A stretch of 64,000 bases of DNA from the IMG/VR virus record IMGVR_UViG_3300027747_002460; one strand, 5' to 3'. The notes below the pieces were generated by a model that was not told the origin of the DNA, did not search any database, and saw only the letters and a program-made list of their open reading frames with translations. Shown one piece after another: positions 7,941 to 17,129 of this stretch (position 1 is the stretch's first letter; every line of letters begins with the position of its first letter). The translations under genes and the position numbers were made by a program. Source of the DNA: a virus.

Positions 7941-8498
7941 CTAACCTTGCAACCACAAAGGGAATAGCGCAAGGTGATCATCGCTGCTCACGAAATAGCT
8001 GCCAGGTTCGCTGGTGTTGGCCACTATGCGATGGTTGGTGTGTGATACATACTGCTTGATCTCGCGTAGCTTTAGGTCTCGCACATAGGTCACGTGCTTG
8101 CGCGGTTTCTGGCGCTTGGCCCACTGCAGCATCTGGGTTATGCTTTCCACACCGCCTATGACTATGACTTCGTTCTCCCAGTAGGTGAGATCCTCGGCAT
8201 CATCTGGTAGGTTCATCACGCCCGGTATGTAGCTGTTGTGTAGGAAGTCTTCGAATCTGCGCTTGCGAGTCACATGCTCCACTCCAGCAAGCGCGGCCCG
8301 AGCAATCATGCCCTGATGTTCTTGCTCACTGAATCCAGCCATGCTCATGCCAACCATGCCTGGTATCCGGTGCCAGCGTCGGAAGCTGCCATCATGCTGC
8401 AGATCTATGGCCCAGGCAGCCATGGCCAAGGGATACTTGTCACTCACGCTGACCATCCTGCGAAATAGCTGATAGCGGTGCTGTGTTTGGTCCAACAT
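7941..8498 (-). CDS. Hypothetical protein, C-terminal part resembles the F-x-L-W family
   Basis: GGAGG RBS, TAAATA box at 8520-8525, ends DHLALFPLWLQG. Confidence 0.6.
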   Translation of the reverse strand: MLDQTQHRYQLFRRMVSVSDKYPLAMAAWAIDLQHDGSFRRWHRIPGMVGMSMAGFSEQEHQGMIARAALAGVEHVTRKRRFEDFLHNSYIPGVMNLPDDAEDLTYWENEVIVIGGVESITQMLQWAKRQKPRKHVTYVRDLKLREIKQYVSHTNHRIVANTSEPGSYFVSSDDHLALFPLWLQG

Positions 8499-8540
8499 AA
8501 ACCTCCGTAACTACAGACTTATTTACAGCAATTTGGCGAT

Positions 8541-8780
8541 CTAATGCCATCTCAGCCGGTACTCCGTCCATTGCTCGGGGGTCATTTCTGTGTACAGCGT
8601 GACCACGTATCCAAGATAATGCGGCTCATGTCCTATGGTATATCCACAGGTCAGGCCTTGAGCTCTGAGCCAAGCGCCCTGATCGCTGTGATTGAGGAAC
8701 TTGTGGGCAGGTTCGGCTAGGTAAAGTTCTGGATCTTCACAGTCGCCGATGCGCAGCTTGGTAACGGTCACACGTTGCAT
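8541..8780 (-). CDS. Small hypothetical protein, L-R-W-terminal family
   Basis: IGDCEDPELY...QWTEYRLRWH. Confidence 0.6.
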   Translation of the reverse strand: MQRVTVTKLRIGDCEDPELYLAEPAHKFLNHSDQGAWLRAQGLTCGYTIGHEPHYLGYVVTLYTEMTPEQWTEYRLRWH

Positions 8781-8812
8781 GATCAACTATGTGATCATGC
8801 ATCAGTGCCTGT

Positions 8813-10054
8813 CTAGCCCTCAGCGCTGTTCTTGGCTATGTAAGTGATGCTGCCCGCAGGTATGTTGCGCTCGCTGCGCAGTCGATCTATGGCTTCGTCA
8901 ACATCGTGTGCCATGACAAGGTTGCGGTTCTCAGGATAACGAGAGCCCACGTAAACCACTATGGCTCGCTCCTGCGTGACGTTGGCCTTGAGCCTGTTTG
9001 TGAAGTTCTGTGCCAGGAGCGGGCGCAGATCCTCGCGCACTGTGAGATGGCTGTCAGGTATGATCTCCAGCTGCGCCTCCGGTTCGTCACCCTCTGGTTC
9101 GTCCTTGGCCCTGCTGGCATAGCTCTTGGGGAACTTGTTCCTGATCTGTTCAAGAGCTTGGTTGACATTGTAGGGTTTTCCCAGAGTTTCCTTGCTCATC
9201 GCTTCTATCTCTGCCTTGTGAGCCAGCATGCTCTTGAGTATCTTGCGCATGAGCCCAGGGAAGCGCGTGGCAAACTGCTCATCGTTCCAATCTCTGTCGT
9301 AGCGACGATCCTGCACGCTGTTGACCAGCTGGCTGGTTGGTGCGTGAAACTGCCACTTGCCGTTCTCATCATTGATGTTGGCCTTGTCAACCACCGTGAC
9401 GATGGGACCATCTGGAGCATAGTTCTTGAACCAGTTGGCACCGCTGCTGCCGCCTGTGCAGAAGTTTGAGATGTGTCCGCTGTTGTTGAACACGTAACAG
9501 GCACCGTAGTTCATGGGTATGGCTGCCCAGTACTTGCCATCATCCACCAGGACCACGTCCCGGGCGTCCTTCTTCATCTTGGCTATCTCATTGGCATTCT
9601 TGATGCGAGTGAGCTCGTCATTGTAGTGACCCTGTCGCCTGATCCTGTTGTAGAGGTTGCCCAGCGTCTTGAACTTGTTGAGGTCCTGGTCCTGTGGCTT
9701 GAGCAGGCTGCGAGTGCTCAGCGCATGCCATGCCCCCAGAGCGTCACCACCTTCACCGCTAATGTCTTCCCAGTCTGCTGCTCCACTGGTGTAGAGCTTG
9801 GTCAGCCAATCCGCGTATTTCATGTCACGGCTGAGATCACCATAGTTGGTGCGCTCCAGCACCCGCTCCAACATGTCGCTCCAGGCCTTGGCCAGCGCAC
9901 GCTCATCTGGTTTTGGTCCCAGCCTTGCTACTATATCATGCGGCAGGCTCTTGTCATGCTTCCAAGCTATGTTCAGCATCTTGCTGCGCTGTGGATCGCG
10001 TGTGATCCTGTCCGTGATGTCTGCTTCCAGCAGCCGTGCCATGATCTTGCTCAT
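8813..10054 (-). CDS. Protein with PcfJ-like domain, putative late/virion protein
   Basis: P-x-N-Y-G-A-C...NFCTG...F-x-NY...KWQFH region resembles PcfJ-like domains; N-terminus MSKIMARLLEAD. Confidence 0.55.
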   Translation of the reverse strand: MSKIMARLLEADITDRITRDPQRSKMLNIAWKHDKSLPHDIVARLGPKPDERALAKAWSDMLERVLERTNYGDLSRDMKYADWLTKLYTSGAADWEDISGEGGDALGAWHALSTRSLLKPQDQDLNKFKTLGNLYNRIRRQGHYNDELTRIKNANEIAKMKKDARDVVLVDDGKYWAAIPMNYGACYVFNNSGHISNFCTGGSSGANWFKNYAPDGPIVTVVDKANINDENGKWQFHAPTSQLVNSVQDRRYDRDWNDEQFATRFPGLMRKILKSMLAHKAEIEAMSKETLGKPYNVNQALEQIRNKFPKSYASRAKDEPEGDEPEAQLEIIPDSHLTVREDLRPLLAQNFTNRLKANVTQERAIVVYVGSRYPENRNLVMAHDVDEAIDRLRSERNIPAGSITYIAKNSAEG

Positions 10055-10950
10055 CAGCCTGTCACCAAGTTCTTGCGGAAGAAGCTGAGCAGCGTGCCCA
10101 GTTTCTGCGTGTCACCATTGTTGATATCATCGAACAGCTTGCTAACCACCTCGCGATTGGCCAGAGCGGGTTTCTCGCCCCTGGAACCATAGCGGTTGAT
10201 CTCAAATCCGCCAGTCTCTTCTGGATAGTACATGTGAGTGGTCTGGTTCACTGCGTGCATGATGGCCTGTGCTACCATGCTGATGTCGCCCAGATCACCG
10301 CCTGCTTCTACATTATCCACTGCGAGTTCTAGGGCCTTGAGATGGTCAATCTTGGTCTTGGCCTTGTCAAACGCATGGTTCTTGATCTGCGTGTTGACCC
10401 AGCCCTTGACGTCGTTCTGTGCGCCTACCAAGCTGCGCAACCACAGCGGCTTGAAGCGCTTGAGCATCTGCCTGCTGAATTCACCATGTCCCAGATAGTT
10501 GCCCGGACCCGGTGGTTTGAGTGCAAAGCGCTCCTTGCGCTTGGCAGCCACTGTGCCACGATCCCGGCCCAACCACAGCCTGTTGATCTTACCTATGCGT
10601 TCCTGGAACCAATCTATGCTGCGACCGCCGCTGCTTTCTGTTTTCGAATCCATGCTGTCGCTGTCTGTGTTCCAAGCATAGATGTTGTAATCGCCTGCCT
10701 GGCTCTGTAGCACACCGGCGCCCTTGGGTCCAGCCAGCAAAAGTGTGTATTTGTTGTCCTTGAGATCGCTCCAAGGCACCTTCTTGATAGGCTCGTAACT
10801 CTGATCATGGGGAATGAGATGCTGCTGATGCAGCTTCTTGAGCAAGGGCACTGCGCCTGGCACGCCCTGCAGCTGGTTGATGCTGGTGCTGTCCTCAGCA
10901 ATGATGTGCTCGAGGAGGCTCACGAATAGTCTTGCGGAATCTATGTTCAT
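10054..10950 (-). CDS. Hypothetical protein, putative late gene
   Basis: 298-aa ORF, TAAATA at 10956-10961, TGATG coupling to the next gene. Confidence 0.7.
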   Translation of the reverse strand: MNIDSARLFVSLLEHIIAEDSTSINQLQGVPGAVPLLKKLHQQHLIPHDQSYEPIKKVPWSDLKDNKYTLLLAGPKGAGVLQSQAGDYNIYAWNTDSDSMDSKTESSGGRSIDWFQERIGKINRLWLGRDRGTVAAKRKERFALKPPGPGNYLGHGEFSRQMLKRFKPLWLRSLVGAQNDVKGWVNTQIKNHAFDKAKTKIDHLKALELAVDNVEAGGDLGDISMVAQAIMHAVNQTTHMYYPEETGGFEINRYGSRGEKPALANREVVSKLFDDINNGDTQKLGTLLSFFRKNLVTG

Positions 10951-10966
10951 GATCCTATTTATTGGA

Positions 10967-11317
10967 TCAGAGGTCGGATAGCCAAGTCAATCTAAACAGC
11001 ACATCATCTTCTTTGCTCAAGCGTATGGCCCAGCTGTTCATGGTACCATCACGCATGTCATCGCCTCGGTTAATAGCACGCTGCTTGACCACACGCATCC
11101 AACGGCTCTTGATGGGATGGCAGCCACCGCCTAGTATCCTAGAGACTTCGTGCGTGTAGATATAGTTCTTGGTGCAGTTGTTGGCCAACCAATCGCCCAT
11201 CTCTGCTTCGTCCTGCCGGTCCCAGGGTTCGTTCACGGTGTATTCTATGTAGAACTCACCAATGCGACTGGGATCGCGATCTATGGCAGGTATACGGTTT
11301 ATGAGTTTTAGGCCCAT
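10967..11317 (-). CDS. Small protein, F-x-L-x-W family
   Basis: DWLANNC core, ends DVLFRLTWLSDL; start placed at the ATG overlapping the upstream gene end. Confidence 0.6.
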   Translation of the reverse strand: MGLKLINRIPAIDRDPSRIGEFYIEYTVNEPWDRQDEAEMGDWLANNCTKNYIYTHEVSRILGGGCHPIKSRWMRVVKQRAINRGDDMRDGTMNSWAIRLSKEDDVLFRLTWLSDL

Positions 11318-11556
11318 CGCAGATTGAACTGTATCCAGTCCTCCTCTGAGCCGAACTCCATGCGCCACACACCATGATGATCGCATTCCAGCCGTGCGTC
11401 ATAGGGCTCGTAAACCAAGACCTCATTGACCAATCTCAGCTTTTCGTCTGCGGCCCTGCCCACGCTCTTGTAGAAGTGCTTGAACGCAGGAGGAGCATCT
11501 GCCAGATCACCACCGATGAAAACCACGTAGGGCCAATTGTAATCAGTCGTGCTCAT
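11308..11556 (-). CDS. Small protein, F-x-L-R-W family
   Basis: Ends EEDWIQFNLRWA. Confidence 0.6.
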   Translation of the reverse strand: MSTTDYNWPYVVFIGGDLADAPPAFKHFYKSVGRAADEKLRLVNEVLVYEPYDARLECDHHGVWRMEFGSEEDWIQFNLRWA

Positions 11557-11575
11557 CCGGCTAATCCCTGTTTGT

Positions 11576-11848
11576 TCACTTCCGAGAGCCTCTGATGCCA
11601 TCCCAGTGGCGTGTGTCATGGAAGTTGAAGTGTATCTCGTGATGCAGCATACCAAGCATGAGGCTGGAACCGCCGTGGTCGGTCCAAGGATTGATGTCCA
11701 AGCTGAGATGCAGCAGATTCTCTGTGCGCAGCAGCTCTAGCTCAAAGTTCTTGTACCTGACACAGGGTACACGCCACCAGCGGCTCCAGTAGTTGCGGAA
11801 TCCCACTCGTTTGAAGGGATTGCGTATGGCTATACCGATGTAGATCAA
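11576..11848 (-). CDS. Hypothetical protein
   Basis: TTG start overlapping the upstream TGA. Confidence 0.55.
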   Translation of the reverse strand: MIYIGIAIRNPFKRVGFRNYWSRWWRVPCVRYKNFELELLRTENLLHLSLDINPWTDHGGSSLMLGMLHHEIHFNFHDTRHWDGIRGSRK

Positions 11849-12384
11849 TGGTCTTGGTCCTCGTTATCAAGTTCATCGTGGGGAGTGGTATCCTTGGCAC
11901 GCAATGTGGCAACTACAGTGTCCAATCGCGCTTCTTCCTCGGAACTCAGCTCTGGCTCTTCGTAACTGCCTTCCCAGACTTCGTCATCACTGTCCTCAGA
12001 TGCTGTATCATCGATCTCTGCGATCTCCAGAGGGCCGCGCACCCAGAGGATGGTGTCATCTTGCTCAAAGCCCATGTTCAAGGGAGCTTCGTGCCATTCC
12101 TCATCCCACTTTTCTTCAAATTCAGCAATGTCTTCATCAGTCCAGCTGTCAGGATAGGTCCACTCTTCCCAGCAGCCATCATCCGTGCTGTCCATCTCAG
12201 CATCAAACATGTCGCAGGGATCGCAGCCTTCATCTTCATCATAGTTTGTGAGATCAGGCTCAGTCTCAGTGCGCCACTTGGCCCAGCGCCAACCAGTCTC
12301 ATGAGTCAGAGTCTCACCGTCCTTGGTCCAAGTTTCAGTTTCAGTGACATTCTTCTTCTCAAGATTTGAAATGTACCATGCCAT
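11845..12384 (-). CDS. Highly acidic hypothetical protein (possible nucleic-acid mimic)
   Basis: AGGAGG RBS; very Asp/Glu- and Trp-rich. Confidence 0.65.
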   Translation of the reverse strand: MAWYISNLEKKNVTETETWTKDGETLTHETGWRWAKWRTETEPDLTNYDEDEGCDPCDMFDAEMDSTDDGCWEEWTYPDSWTDEDIAEFEEKWDEEWHEAPLNMGFEQDDTILWVRGPLEIAEIDDTASEDSDDEVWEGSYEEPELSSEEEARLDTVVATLRAKDTTPHDELDNEDQDH

Positions 12385-12393
12385 GTGAGCCTC

Positions 12394-12645
12394 CTAGGTT
12401 TCTGTTAGTGTAGCATCAGTGCCCTGCGTGTCAAGCACTACTTCTGAGGTAGTTTCGATCCATACCTTGGCCCCACAGTTCAGCGGCTTGTCTGGGCTGT
12501 ACACCAGCTTGCTTGGACCCAGTATCTCCACGCTGTGCGCATAGGTGTTCTTGCGGCCCTGCTTGACTGTGAACACTGGTTCCACTGTGCCATTCTTGGC
12601 ATTGCGCCTGATCACATGTTGGTTTACGTGTATGATGCTTTTCAT
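12394..12645 (-). CDS. Hypothetical phage protein
   Basis: IHVNQHVIRRN...YSPDKPLNCGAKVWIET; ATG overlaps the upstream TGA. Confidence 0.7.
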   Translation of the reverse strand: MKSIIHVNQHVIRRNAKNGTVEPVFTVKQGRKNTYAHSVEILGPSKLVYSPDKPLNCGAKVWIETTSEVVLDTQGTDATLTET

Positions 12646-12965
12646 GACCATGTCAGCTTGAACAACACGCTGTCCTCAATGTCTGTGAACTCAATCCAAA
12701 AGTCCATGTCCAATCTGTCATCCAGACTCAAATTGCCATTGAACCGCCAAGCGCCTCGGCAATTCTCTGTGAGCCATCGCACCAACAGAGGATCCAATTG
12801 GTCTTGGTCATCATCAAGCTGAACCATGGAAAACGGCACTGCGGCTCTGGCCTTGGCAAAGAACAACACTCTGAGAAAATCATAGATGCGCCTGCGTGAT
12901 CTATACATGATCCATACCCAGGCCAGCATCAACAATGCGCAGCTCATCTGTTGTTCTTGTGTCAT
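12642..12965 (-). CDS. F-K-L-T-W family protein with N-terminal TM segment
   Basis: WLTENC core, ends DSVLFKLTWS; ATGA coupling. Confidence 0.65.
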   Translation of the reverse strand: MTQEQQMSCALLMLAWVWIMYRSRRRIYDFLRVLFFAKARAAVPFSMVQLDDDQDQLDPLLVRWLTENCRGAWRFNGNLSLDDRLDMDFWIEFTDIEDSVLFKLTWS

Positions 12966-13183
12966 AGCCACCTCAGCTTAAACAGCACAGCATCGTCATC
13001 ATAGTCAAATGTCACGGCAAAATGCCTGGTTGGTATAGGAAAATCGCTATCAGATCCAGCTATGCCAAGCATAGGAGTATCCCAATAGTATTTGTTGCCT
13101 TCCGGCCCGATGTTGTCACGGAGCCAGTCTCGCATATCTGCGGTCATTGCTCGATAGGTTGGTCTCACATACACAGTGATCAC
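12962..13183 (-). CDS. F-K-L-R-W family small protein
   Basis: DWLRDNIG core, ends DAVLFKLRWL. Confidence 0.7.
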   Translation of the reverse strand: MITVYVRPTYRAMTADMRDWLRDNIGPEGNKYYWDTPMLGIAGSDSDFPIPTRHFAVTFDYDDDAVLFKLRWL

Positions 13184-13452
13184 AGCCACCTCAGCTGGAA
13201 TGCTGTGGCATCAGCTTGCTCATGTATGGTCACGCTGAGGAATGGATTGCCGCTGTTGAACCGCATGATGGTCTCACAGTCGCCTGAGAGGTTATCGTTG
13301 ATCCAGGTTTGTACATCCCGCGAGCGCTCGGTACCCCAGACCTGGCACTGCCAAGATGGACGCAGCCTTTCTGTCCATGAGTCAATAGCAGCCATGTACA
13401 CAGGCTCGCCTGCGTTATAGCGCCAATTGGTTATCATTCCCCCGATCATCAT
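13180..13452 (-). CDS. F-x-L-R-W family small protein
   Basis: TWINDNL core, ends DATAFQLRWL. Confidence 0.7.
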   Translation of the reverse strand: MMIGGMITNWRYNAGEPVYMAAIDSWTERLRPSWQCQVWGTERSRDVQTWINDNLSGDCETIMRFNSGNPFLSVTIHEQADATAFQLRWL

Positions 13453-15704
13453 TGCGCAGGATTACCGCAGAAGAACACGCAGGGCTTGGCATCAGCTATA
13501 GGACTAGGTGCTTCTTCCTCGGCCTTGGTTTTGGCCTTGTGCGGTTTCTTAGCCACGGGTGCTATCACCTGTGGCTGTCCCACTGGCTGTGTGGTAGCCA
13601 CCACTGGTGCGTTGTAGGCAATGCCCGGCAAGCCTCGGGGTGTCTCCTTGGCTTCTGCCTTGACCATGTAGTCGTGCCAAGTCTCTGCGGGTAGCGTGCC
13701 CCCAGTCATGCGCTCCATCTTGTCGTTGTCATCGTTGCCATACCACACGCCCGTGACCAAGTTGCCAGTGTAGCCAATGAACCACGCATCATTGTAGTCC
13801 GAGGTGGTACCAGTCTTGCCAGCCACTGGTATGCTCAGCTTGGCCCGAGTAGCAGTGCCACCTTCGACCACGCTGCGCATCATGCTGACCAAGCTTTCAA
13901 TCTTGTCTCTGGGGAAGATCATGCTGTGGTTTTCCATAGCATCGTGCTGCCACACGGTTTGGCCGTTGACATCAATGGTGCTGATCACCCAGCTGGGCTG
14001 CCTCTGCCCACCGCTGGCGAAAGTGGTATAGGCATTGGTCAGTTCCAACAGCGTGACTTCGTTGGTGCCCAAGGGCATGCTGGCCACGGTCTTGATCTCG
14101 GATTCTATGCCAGCGTTGCGTGCCACAGCAGCGATCTTCTCGCGGCCAAACTGCTGGCTGATCTTCACTGCCACGGTGTTGAGGCTGTGCATCATAGCCG
14201 TGCGCAGGCTGATCTCACCAAGATACTTGCCGCCATAGTTCTCGGGCGTCCATGGCTTGCCAAACACGTTTATGGTTACTGGGCTGTCAACCACTCGAGT
14301 GTCGGGCGTCCATCCTCCTAGCAGAGCCGTGAGATACACGAATGGCTTGAACGCTGAACCAGGCTGTCGTTTGGCCGCCACTGCTCTGTTGAATTGATTG
14401 TCTGCATAATCCACGCCACCGACCATGACCCTCACGCTGCCGTCCACACCCAGGCTGACCAGCGCAGCTTGATCGGCGTTGTACCTGTCGCCCTGCTGTG
14501 CGATCTTGTCCTGCAGCAGCTTCACAGCTTCACGCTGCAGATCTGTGTCTATGGTGGTGCGCATGATAAAGCTGCGATGCTTGGTGAGGCGTTCTTCACG
14601 TATCAACCGCACAGCTTCCGTGTAGGCATAGTCCAGTATCCAGTCATTGGGCTTGGGATCAACCCTGGTCACACGCGCAGGATGAGAGAGGCTCCACTGA
14701 TAAGTTGGCTCATCTATGAGGCCCTGATCTCGCATGCCTCGCAGCACGATAGCAGCTCTCTTCACTGCCGCATCAAAGTTGCTGCTGGGACTGTAGCTCA
14801 CAGGTGCCTTGAACAGACCGGCCAACATAGCAGCTTCTGAAACTGTGACTTCGGTGATTGGTTTGGCATAGTAGTAGCGAGCTGCAGCTGCTAGACCATA
14901 GTTGCCTGCGCCCATGTAGGCACGCTCAAAATAAAGCCGCAGGATCTCGTCCTTGCCCAGGTGGTTCTCCATCCATATGGCCAACCAAGCTTCGGTGATC
15001 TTGCGTGTCAAGCTGTGCTCAGGCGTGAGCCAGATGTTTTTAACCACCTGCTGCGTGATGGTGCTGCCGCCTTTTTCGCGCTGTCCCTTGTGCGTGATGT
15101 TCCACCAAACTGCACCTGCTAGGCCTATGGGATCGATGCCGTGGTGATCGTAGAAGCGATGGTCTTCGGTGGCCATAACTGCCTTGACCAAGTAGGGCGG
15201 ATAGTCGCTGATGTCATAGCTGGTGTCCATGGCACCCCCGCGATAGCCCAGCACTTCACCGCGGCGGTCAATGAAAGTGATGCTGAACTGCTGCTTGAGG
15301 TTCCAGATCTGCTCTGTTTCTTCTACCACGGGCATGGTTGGTGCCAAGGTCAATCCCAGCAGCATGGCAAAGGTCATGCCGGTGCTGATCAAACCCATGG
15401 GCCAACGCCAGTACCATTTGAACCTCAGGCGTGTGGTCAACCAACGCGATGTCTGACGGTTCCAATCCCACCAAGCATCCCAGGCTCGATCAAATACCTG
15501 CAGAGTACCACGCACTGCACGTGCCACAGCTCGCCACGCTAGACTGGCCAGCATCACCAGCAGTGCTATGCTGCGGGAGCCAGTCACCCACAGCAGATCT
15601 CGCCATTGCTGTGCTGCCAGTCGTGCACCCAGCGCAACGTCATCGCGCAGCGCAATCAGACTGTGTTTGATAGTATTCCAAAATGCTATCAATCGTCCGC
15701 GCAT
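13449..15704 (-). CDS. Class A penicillin-binding protein (PBP1A family: GT51 transglycosylase plus transpeptidase)
   Basis: GT51 motifs ATEDHRFYDHHGID, GGSTITQQVVKN, RKITEA; transpeptidase motifs GSAFK (SxxK), SLN, GKTGTT; TM helix near residue 110; GGAGG RBS before ATG 15704. Confidence 0.95.
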   Translation of the reverse strand: MRGRLIAFWNTIKHSLIALRDDVALGARLAAQQWRDLLWVTGSRSIALLVMLASLAWRAVARAVRGTLQVFDRAWDAWWDWNRQTSRWLTTRLRFKWYWRWPMGLISTGMTFAMLLGLTLAPTMPVVEETEQIWNLKQQFSITFIDRRGEVLGYRGGAMDTSYDISDYPPYLVKAVMATEDHRFYDHHGIDPIGLAGAVWWNITHKGQREKGGSTITQQVVKNIWLTPEHSLTRKITEAWLAIWMENHLGKDEILRLYFERAYMGAGNYGLAAAARYYYAKPITEVTVSEAAMLAGLFKAPVSYSPSSNFDAAVKRAAIVLRGMRDQGLIDEPTYQWSLSHPARVTRVDPKPNDWILDYAYTEAVRLIREERLTKHRSFIMRTTIDTDLQREAVKLLQDKIAQQGDRYNADQAALVSLGVDGSVRVMVGGVDYADNQFNRAVAAKRQPGSAFKPFVYLTALLGGWTPDTRVVDSPVTINVFGKPWTPENYGGKYLGEISLRTAMMHSLNTVAVKISQQFGREKIAAVARNAGIESEIKTVASMPLGTNEVTLLELTNAYTTFASGGQRQPSWVISTIDVNGQTVWQHDAMENHSMIFPRDKIESLVSMMRSVVEGGTATRAKLSIPVAGKTGTTSDYNDAWFIGYTGNLVTGVWYGNDDNDKMERMTGGTLPAETWHDYMVKAEAKETPRGLPGIAYNAPVVATTQPVGQPQVIAPVAKKPHKAKTKAEEEAPSPIADAKPCVFFCGNPAQ

Positions 15705-16051
15705 CTCAGCCTCCACTCTACGCTGTCAGTCCTATCAATGGTACCATGCACGCGAGCCATGATGGTATCAGTTGTTACGTTATAGTGTAAGCTAAGTCGC
15801 GGATCTGCGCAACGTGCCAGCATGAACTCACCAATCTCGCTGTCCAGCAGGTGAGTGATCTCTGTCACAGTCTTGGCTTCCATCTTCTCGTGGTCATAGT
15901 ACCATTCTCGGAACAGGAATCTCACCGGATCCCTGATCTCATTACAGTAGACATCATATTCAGCTGCTAGCTCGCGCAGGTAAGCAGTAGCCTGACGCTC
16001 TAGGTCTTCCATCACTGTCTTGCGCCCAAGGATATTGGCCATCAACCCCAT
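15689..16051 (-). CDS. Small hypothetical protein, array member
   Basis: Ends DSVEWRLRCADD; overlaps both neighbours. Confidence 0.55.
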   Translation of the reverse strand: MGLMANILGRKTVMEDLERQATAYLRELAAEYDVYCNEIRDPVRFLFREWYYDHEKMEAKTVTEITHLLDSEIGEFMLARCADPRLSLHYNVTTDTIMARVHGTIDRTDSVEWRLRCADD

Positions 16052-16275
16052 GCCTCTCTGAACAGATCCCGCAGGCGCGAATCATCTATCTCCACAGCGT
16101 AGATTAGATTGATTACGCTCATGTCATAGCTCTTGCGTATGCGCCAGTGTTGTCCTGCCCATACCATGAGATGACCTCGCAGTCGATAGGCTTCGGGATG
16201 GCCCTGCGCAGCAAACCAGTCCAACACAGCTTGTATGCTGGGCATGTCGCGCTCATGATAAACCGCATCAGTCAC
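16042..16275 (-). CDS. Small array protein
   Basis: VLDWF core, ends RDLFREAWG; GTGA coupling. Confidence 0.6.
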   Translation of the reverse strand: MTDAVYHERDMPSIQAVLDWFAAQGHPEAYRLRGHLMVWAGQHWRIRKSYDMSVINLIYAVEIDDSRLRDLFREAWG

Positions 16276-16523
16276 ATCCACCTCAGCTTGAACAGCACAG
16301 CATCGTTGGCATCTTCAAACAGCCATAGGTCATGAAAAGCTCTCCAATCGCCACGGATGTTAGCCTGCATCCATGCGCCTGTGTCTTCCATGGTGGCATC
16401 AATGGTTACCATGGTCCATCCCCTGCCTACTAGATCTGCGCATCGCACTTCAACCAATATCTCCTTGTCGATCTCGCGGCGCAATGCCTCTGACAGTTCC
16501 TTTTCTATATCAATCTCGGTCAT
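16272..16523 (-). CDS. F-K-L-R-W family small protein
   Basis: AWMQANI core, ends DAVLFKLRWM. Confidence 0.7.
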   Translation of the reverse strand: MTEIDIEKELSEALRREIDKEILVEVRCADLVGRGWTMVTIDATMEDTGAWMQANIRGDWRAFHDLWLFEDANDAVLFKLRWM

Positions 16524-16684
16524 AGCCACCTCAGCTTGAAAAAGGTGTATGAGCTTTCGTCATGGAAGATCAAGGTCTCCCAGCCTTTGTATTGCCAATG
16601 GGTGCCATCCAGATGCTGATGGCACCAATCAAGGATTTCTCGCATGGGAGCCACACCGTTGTATTGCCATTCCTGCCACGTCAT
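16520..16684 (-). CDS. F-K-L-R-W family small protein, 54 aa (absent from ORF track)
   Basis: Manual translation MTWQEWQYNGVAPMREILDWCHQHLDGTHWQYKGWETLIFHDESSYTFFKLRWL; ATGA coupling at both ends. Confidence 0.7.
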   Translation of the reverse strand: MTWQEWQYNGVAPMREILDWCHQHLDGTHWQYKGWETLIFHDESSYTFFKLRWL

Positions 16685-16908
16685 GACCACCTCAACAAGA
16701 AAAATGTTTTATCCTCTTCGGTTTCAAACTCGATGTAATCCTTGTGAACTATGGTAGCATTGTACTCTGCTAACATATCATAAGCCATATTCCATACTCC
16801 ATCTGGAGTTTTCGTATATGTGTGGATATGAGCCATAAAGTTCTTCCAAAATTGATAAGCACGACCTCTACCATCCGGTTCATAGTAATACCACTGTAGC
16901 CTAGTCAT
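16681..16908 (-). CDS. F-x-L-R-W family small protein
   Basis: Ends EDKTFFLLRWS; start at the ATG overlapping TGA 16905. Confidence 0.7.
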   Translation of the reverse strand: MTRLQWYYYEPDGRGRAYQFWKNFMAHIHTYTKTPDGVWNMAYDMLAEYNATIVHKDYIEFETEEDKTFFLLRWS

Positions 16909-17129
16909 GACCACCTCAGCTTGAACAGTATGGCATCCTCTGGCTGTTTGAATTCTATCATGTAGCGAAGATTTGATTGATTGATCCATGCGCTCCACTT
17001 GATGTCTAGCCGCCAAGCATCCGTTTCCTTCAACACACCATAGCCTACGTTCTCCACCAGCCATGCCACGATCTCCGTCATGTCATGGTCAACCTTGCTC
17101 GGATCATAGCTAACGACCTTGATGCTCAT
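16905..17129 (-). CDS. F-K-L-R-W family small protein
   Basis: AWLVENVG core, ends DAILFKLRWS. Confidence 0.7.
   Translation of the reverse strand: MSIKVVSYDPSKVDHDMTEIVAWLVENVGYGVLKETDAWRLDIKWSAWINQSNLRYMIEFKQPEDAILFKLRWS

Noticed and set aside
8780-8815. Second amber-gated start (ATG ATC ACA TAG TTG ATC ATG at 8798)
   Set aside because: The upstream ATG lacks a clear RBS and the ATG at 8780 gives a normal-length family member; kept only as weak circumstantial support.
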